Of a DNA stretch of 11,473 nt, positions 8,016 to 11,473 are shown in pieces. Source of the DNA: Candidatus Fraserbacteria bacterium (GTDB lineage: Bacteria > Bipolaricaulota > Bipolaricaulia > RBG-16-55-9). The first letter of the stretch is position 1. Each line of letters begins with the position of its first letter. A program made the position numbers and the translations under genes. The stretch spans positions 10,169 through 21,641 of the forward strand of contig JBBIOR010000027.1 in NCBI GenBank assembly GCA_037443265.1, written 5' to 3'. The notes beneath the pieces are model-generated. The model saw only the letters and a list, made by a program, of their open reading frames with translations, was not told where the DNA came from and searched no databases.

Positions 8016-8044
8016 ACTCTACTCTATGACGGGGAGTCTGTCAA
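8016..8044 (-). promoter_or_regulatory. Sigma70-type promoter for the thyX-CAP unit
   Basis: Minus strand TTGACA(8044-8039)-17 nt-TAGAGT(8021-8016), about 28 nt upstream of the thyX start. Confidence 0.75.
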
Positions 8045-8079
8045 CGGAGCAAATTCAACGCTACTGGAAGGAGGGGTGA

Positions 8080-8133
8080 ATGAGACTCATCTACGACCGG
8101 GAGAAGCGCCTGCTGGCCATTGAGATCCTGCCG
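8080..8133 (+). pseudogene. Internally deleted DUF2283-like small gene remnant
   Basis: Strong SD (AAGGAGG) precedes MRLIYDREKRLLAIEILP. This reads like the family N-terminus 'M.I.YD' fused to its C-terminal 'D..GRL.GIEIL'. The rest of the 72-aa ORF runs through promoter DNA. Confidence 0.5.
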
Positions 8134-8148
8134 GTGACAGAGTCCCTC

Positions 8149-8177
8149 TTGACAAGCACCTTCTGCTATGCTAAGAT
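8149..8177 (+). promoter_or_regulatory. Sigma70 promoter P1 (consensus -35, extended -10)
   Basis: TTGACA(8149-8154)-17 nt-TAAGAT(8172-8177), preceded by TGc. Confidence 0.85.
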
Positions 8178-8347
8178 GACCCTCAGCAAGCATAGAGGAG
8201 GAGAGGCACCCGTAAGGAGGACGATACCCAGATCGCTATCTTCTAGATTTTATTTCTGGGTGTGCTCTCCGGCGGAATGGACGAGGCTCGGATCGTAACT
8301 CCAGTTACATACATCGGCCACGGGCCGGTGTACACTCGCTGTAGCTC

Positions 8348-8376
8348 TTGACAAGGACATCGGGGTCTGCTAACAT
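8348..8376 (+). promoter_or_regulatory. Sigma70 promoter P2 (consensus -35, extended -10)
   Basis: TTGACA(8348-8353)-17 nt-TAACAT(8371-8376), preceded by TGc; 199 nt downstream of P1. Confidence 0.85.
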
Positions 8377-8382
8377 GCCAGC

Positions 8383-8782
8383 AATTCTTAAGTCGGCAGG
8401 AGTGGTGAGAGTGGGGGAGGGCAGGAGAGATCAGCTCGTAAGACGGGTATCATTCTCCTCTTATTCTTCTATCATGCAGAGCCAGCTCTCCTTCTCCCCT
8501 CCCACCATAGGCCCGTGAAGCAGAACGCGTTCGAGGACGGAATCAGGCAATCCGAGTCCAGGGTGTCCGGCTCCTGGGGGCTTGGGCAGTAGCCGATAGG
8601 GGCCGAGGCAGCGGCCATCGTTGACGGACGCGAGCTTATACGAGACGAGACGAGGAGATGACTCAATCAAGGAGGTGGTGGCACGTAATGAGGGAAACCC
8701 CTGTGGGGGTCTTCATGCGGGATTTTCGAAGAGCCGTTGGAACTCAACTCGAACTCAGACGCGAGAAGAAGGAGGTATGCCA
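8383..8782 (+). promoter_or_regulatory. Long structured 5' leader of the surface-protein gene
   Basis: About 400 nt from P2 to the start. Complementary arms at ~8403-8429/8486-8507, 8423-8459, 8552-8585, 8601-8616 and 8688-8716. Two AAGGAGGT sites (8669-8676 and 8769-8776). Confidence 0.6.
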
Positions 8783-11473
8783 GTGAAGAACAGGAGTCAT
8801 ATCGTGACGCTGATGGCAGCCTTAGCGTTCACTTTCGCTCTTATAGCTGCCATCGCTCCTGCGGCCCTGGCGGGACGCAGCGAGGCCTATTTCTCCGACG
8901 TCAATGGCAACCCAAAGACGGAATGGAAAGTAGGCGAGGTCTTATATATCACGGTGGTCTCGCACGACGAGAACCGCGACAGCGATGAGGTGGAATTCAT
9001 CGACGCGCGCAGCCGCTGCGAGACTCACACCCGAGTCCCCGTCCCCTGCGTGGAGATCTGGGACCCCAACACCAAAGACAGCGAGACGAACTACGGCTCG
9101 CTGGTGCTGGTAGAGACGGGGAGCGACACGGGAATCTTCCGCAGCCAGACAGGCATTTTAATTAGACCCATCGAGGAAGACCCGGCTCACCAGGAGAACG
9201 GGACCCTCGAGGTCTTCCACGGCGACACCATCATGCTGCGCTATCAGTCGCCCTCGGACGACAACGACATCGATCTCGATCAGGCCAAGATCACCGCCAC
9301 TCCTGGCATCATTAGAATCACCAATCAGGCCGGCCAAGACGTGCCCATCTGGCAAGTCGGCCAGCAGATCTGGATCACCGTGGAAGATGCTGACCAGAAC
9401 GTCGATCCCCTCAAGCCCGATACTATCAAGGGCGTAACTCTGTGGACCCCGCGCTGCGTATGGGACGTCATCGAGCGGGCGGGCCAGCCCCGGGAAGATC
9501 AGCCTCAACCTAAGCCCTGTGACGAGACGATCGCCCCCGTCGGATACGACTCCCAACTCAAAGAAGCCTTCCCCGGCTCCTTTGAGGACTCGTTGGTGTT
9601 GGTCGAGACCGGCCCCAACACAGGCGTATTTAGAAACGTCAACGGCATCACGCTGCGGGACAATCTGGGACCCCGGCGCGAGTTCGCCACGACTCCTACG
9701 GCGCTATCGCTCTTTGTCAATCACAAGGACACGATCGTGGCCTTCTACAGGAAGCCGGCCATCGTGGGGCTAGCCCCCGTGGCCCCGCCACCGCCACCGC
9801 CTCCGCCGGCAGAGACCCGCACGGACAACTGTGGAGCTAGCGATCTCATCAGCTGCTCCCGGACGGTCCCGGTGCGCGTGGCGCCCGGACAGACGTTTGA
9901 TGTGACGGTGAACATCACGGCCAAGCAGAATTTGAGACTTCTGGCCCTGCGCGAGCAGGCTCCGGCGGGCTTCAGCTTTGGACCCACCCCGACGGCCACC
10001 CCCACACCGGAGAACATCAGCGTGGCCGATGGGGCGCTGCGAGCGGCTTGGGACGGCAACATCCCCTCTGGAACGACCATTACGCTCACCTATCAGCTGG
10101 TAGCCGGGGCTACGCCGGGCACGTTTAAGATCCGCGGCTTCTTCACCGGCGCGCCCTTCTTCATTCTGCCTCTGGTCTCGGACATCACCGTGGCGGCCGC
10201 CAGCGCCGGTCAGGGCCTGCGCAGCTTAAGCTTAAGCGTGAGCGTGGGTGCCCAAGCGGAGAGCGCCCAGATGGCGATCACCCGCCAAGCGCCCTCACAA
10301 GCCAACGTGGGCCAGCCCTTTACGGTCAGGCTTACGGTCACTTCCAAGGTGGCCCTGCCGGCCATCTCGGTGAAGGAGAACTTCAACGGGCTGACGCTGG
10401 TGGACCAGGGAGCCGATTTCATCGGCCTGGAGCCGCCCTCGACCCTGCGCGGTCTCTTGGGCCCCAACGTCGCCGCCGGCACCACCCGGACGTTCACATA
10501 CCAGCTGAGCTGTCCCAGAGAGGGGGCCTTCACGATCACGGGCACGGTGGAAACCCGAGGCTTCCCGGCCGTGACGGAAACTTCTACGATCACCTGTGGT
10601 GCAGGCCCGACGCCTCCGCCGCCACCGCCGACGGGCCAGATCTTCCGCCGCGGCCAGGCCTCTCCCAATGACCCGCAGGACTTCGCCTTAGCTCAAGCCA
10701 AGGTCGGCCACTTCAACCCGGCCAAGATGACCTTTACTGATATCAACGGCAATGAGCTGACGGAGTTCGCCATCGGCACGGAGTTCTTCATCACCTTGAT
10801 CGATGAGGACCAGAACGTCGATTCGGATCATGTGGAGACGCTGTGTGTTCAGGTCTTTGATGTCAACGGCGGGCGCGAGGGCGACACCCCGGGTGTGGCA
10901 CGCACTCTGAAGGACCAGCTCAAGGACGACCCGCGGGCCTGTCTGGAAGACCACGTGCGTGATCTCTTTATGTGGAAGACCGGCGTGCAGCTGGTAGAGA
11001 CCGGCACGAACACGGGCGTCTTTAGAAACCCCAACGCGCTTAAGATCATCGGCATCTGTGCCCAGCCGGAGGCGCCGGAAGCGCCGTTCAACACCGACCC
11101 GGCCCAGACTGCCAACATCCAGATCCACAAGCTCGTCCCCAGCGGCACGGATGTGAGCAAGCTGCCGGGCGTGCTCAAGGACGACGCGCCCCAGTGGTGG
11201 GCCGAGCCGAGCGTCAAGCCGGGCACGGTGCTCAAGGACTGCTACTTCAGCACGCCGTTCGTGGCCGAAGGCCGCACGGAGGCTCCTCAGCCGTATGACC
11301 CGACCGATCCCAACTTGGCCGTGATCAAGACTTTCGCCGAGGACGTGCCTCAGAAGATCGCGGTCTACGCGGGAGACGTCGTCTACGCCGTCTTCCAGGA
11401 TCAGCTGGTCGACCCGCTCGACGTGGTCTACGCCACCGCGCGGGTGAAGGACTTCCAGACCTTCGACGGCAAG
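8783..11473 (+). CDS. Large secreted S-layer-like/cell-surface protein (partial, >897 aa, no stop in window)
   Basis: Frame 2 translated by hand with no stop. AAGGAGGT lies 6 nt before GTG 8783. Sec signal MKNRSHIVTLMAALAFTFALIAAIAPAALA|G. Three repeats carry 'F.D.NG', 'ITV...D.N.D', 'LVETGxxTGxFR' (9107, 9599, 10991) and 'DT/DV-I/V...Y/F', plus two Ig-like domains and polyproline tracts. Absent from the ORF track, presumably because it is unterminated. The CDS itself is well supported; the S-layer role is inferred. Confidence 0.9.
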   Translation, partial: MKNRSHIVTLMAALAFTFALIAAIAPAALAGRSEAYFSDVNGNPKTEWKVGEVLYITVVSHDENRDSDEVEFIDARSRCETHTRVPVPCVEIWDPNTKDSETNYGSLVLVETGSDTGIFRSQTGILIRPIEEDPAHQENGTLEVFHGDTIMLRYQSPSDDNDIDLDQAKITATPGIIRITNQAGQDVPIWQVGQQIWITVEDADQNVDPLKPDTIKGVTLWTPRCVWDVIERAGQPREDQPQPKPCDETIAPVGYDSQLKEAFPGSFEDSLVLVETGPNTGVFRNVNGITLRDNLGPRREFATTPTALSLFVNHKDTIVAFYRKPAIVGLAPVAPPPPPPPPAETRTDNCGASDLISCSRTVPVRVAPGQTFDVTVNITAKQNLRLLALREQAPAGFSFGPTPTATPTPENISVADGALRAAWDGNIPSGTTITLTYQLVAGATPGTFKIRGFFTGAPFFILPLVSDITVAAASAGQGLRSLSLSVSVGAQAESAQMAITRQAPSQANVGQPFTVRLTVTSKVALPAISVKENFNGLTLVDQGADFIGLEPPSTLRGLLGPNVAAGTTRTFTYQLSCPREGAFTITGTVETRGFPAVTETSTITCGAGPTPPPPPPTGQIFRRGQASPNDPQDFALAQAKVGHFNPAKMTFTDINGNELTEFAIGTEFFITLIDEDQNVDSDHVETLCVQVFDVNGGREGDTPGVARTLKDQLKDDPRACLEDHVRDLFMWKTGVQLVETGTNTGVFRNPNALKIIGICAQPEAPEAPFNTDPAQTANIQIHKLVPSGTDVSKLPGVLKDDAPQWWAEPSVKPGTVLKDCYFSTPFVAEGRTEAPQPYDPTDPNLAVIKTFAEDVPQKIAVYAGDVVYAVFQDQLVDPLDVVYATARVKDFQTFDGK

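Noticed and set aside
8203..8266. Faint resemblance of GGCA-CCC-GTAA-GGA-GGACG...GGGTGTGC to a c-di-GMP-I riboswitch
   Set aside because: The P2 stem is too short and the GCAAAC and GCAAAGC conserved segments are missing. Only a cmscan hit to the Rfam c-di-GMP-I model would revive this.
8400..8510. Stem ending in ...CCCACCA as a tRNA, tmRNA or 6S RNA
   Set aside because: No T-loop GTTCGA at the required position and no cloverleaf or tag ORF; the rod is shorter than a typical 6S and has no recognisable consensus.
8658..8690. MTQSRRWWH as a trp-attenuator-like leader peptide
   Set aside because: The RRWW codons are simply the AGGAGGTGGTGG SD-like sequence. There is no properly spaced SD for ATG 8658, no U-tract terminator and no trp gene downstream.
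8640..8757. Short iterations ACGAG x3 (8640-8654) and AACTC x3 (8741-8756)
   Set aside because: Too short to distinguish from chance; no spacer structure, so not CRISPR or iterons.
63..11235. Numerous overlapping or antisense ORFs in the supplied track (e.g. 2149-2841, 3092-4123, 3322-3879, 8737-8988, and the minus-strand ORFs from 9158 to 11235)
   Set aside because: They are shadows of well-supported genes in GC-rich DNA, with no recognisable motifs. Those after 8783 overlap the real frame-2 surface-protein gene.
11155..11240. Small internal duplication 'SKLPG-VLKD' / 'VKPGTVLKD' in repeat 3
   Set aside because: Visible but only ~25 nt and degenerate; an ordinary loop expansion with no independent functional claim.
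1..11473. Mobile elements, CRISPR arrays, rRNA/tRNA genes, defence systems
   Set aside because: No transposase, integrase or cas motifs, terminal inverted repeats, repeat-spacer arrays or structural-RNA signatures were seen.

Overview
GC-rich bacterial chromosomal window. It probably comes from a deep-branching lineage; the secreted-protein styles remind me of Bipolaricaulota/Acetothermia, which is an unverified inference. The left two-thirds is housekeeping DNA: the acidic (Glu-Thr)n tail of a gene that is probably rpsB, then tsf and pyrH (no frr follows), converging on recG-gatC (no gatA/gatB). def-fmt is divergent from recG. Next come a 3' remnant of an IscA/HesB-type gene, a secreted CAP-domain protein with a C-terminal EF-hand/dockerin-like tag, and a double-domain ThyX. 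An ~800 bp intergenic region holds a thyX promoter, a DUF2283-like remnant, two tandem near-consensus sigma70 promoters and a long structured leader. It precedes an ORF missing from the supplied track (8783 to beyond the window end, >897 aa). That ORF encodes a secreted S-layer-like protein with three 'LVETGxxTGxFR' domains. A polyproline-bracketed pair of Ig/cohesin-like domains is nested inside the second of these. The best candidate for an undescribed system is this modular surface scaffold, possibly paired with dockerin-like-tagged secreted cargo.
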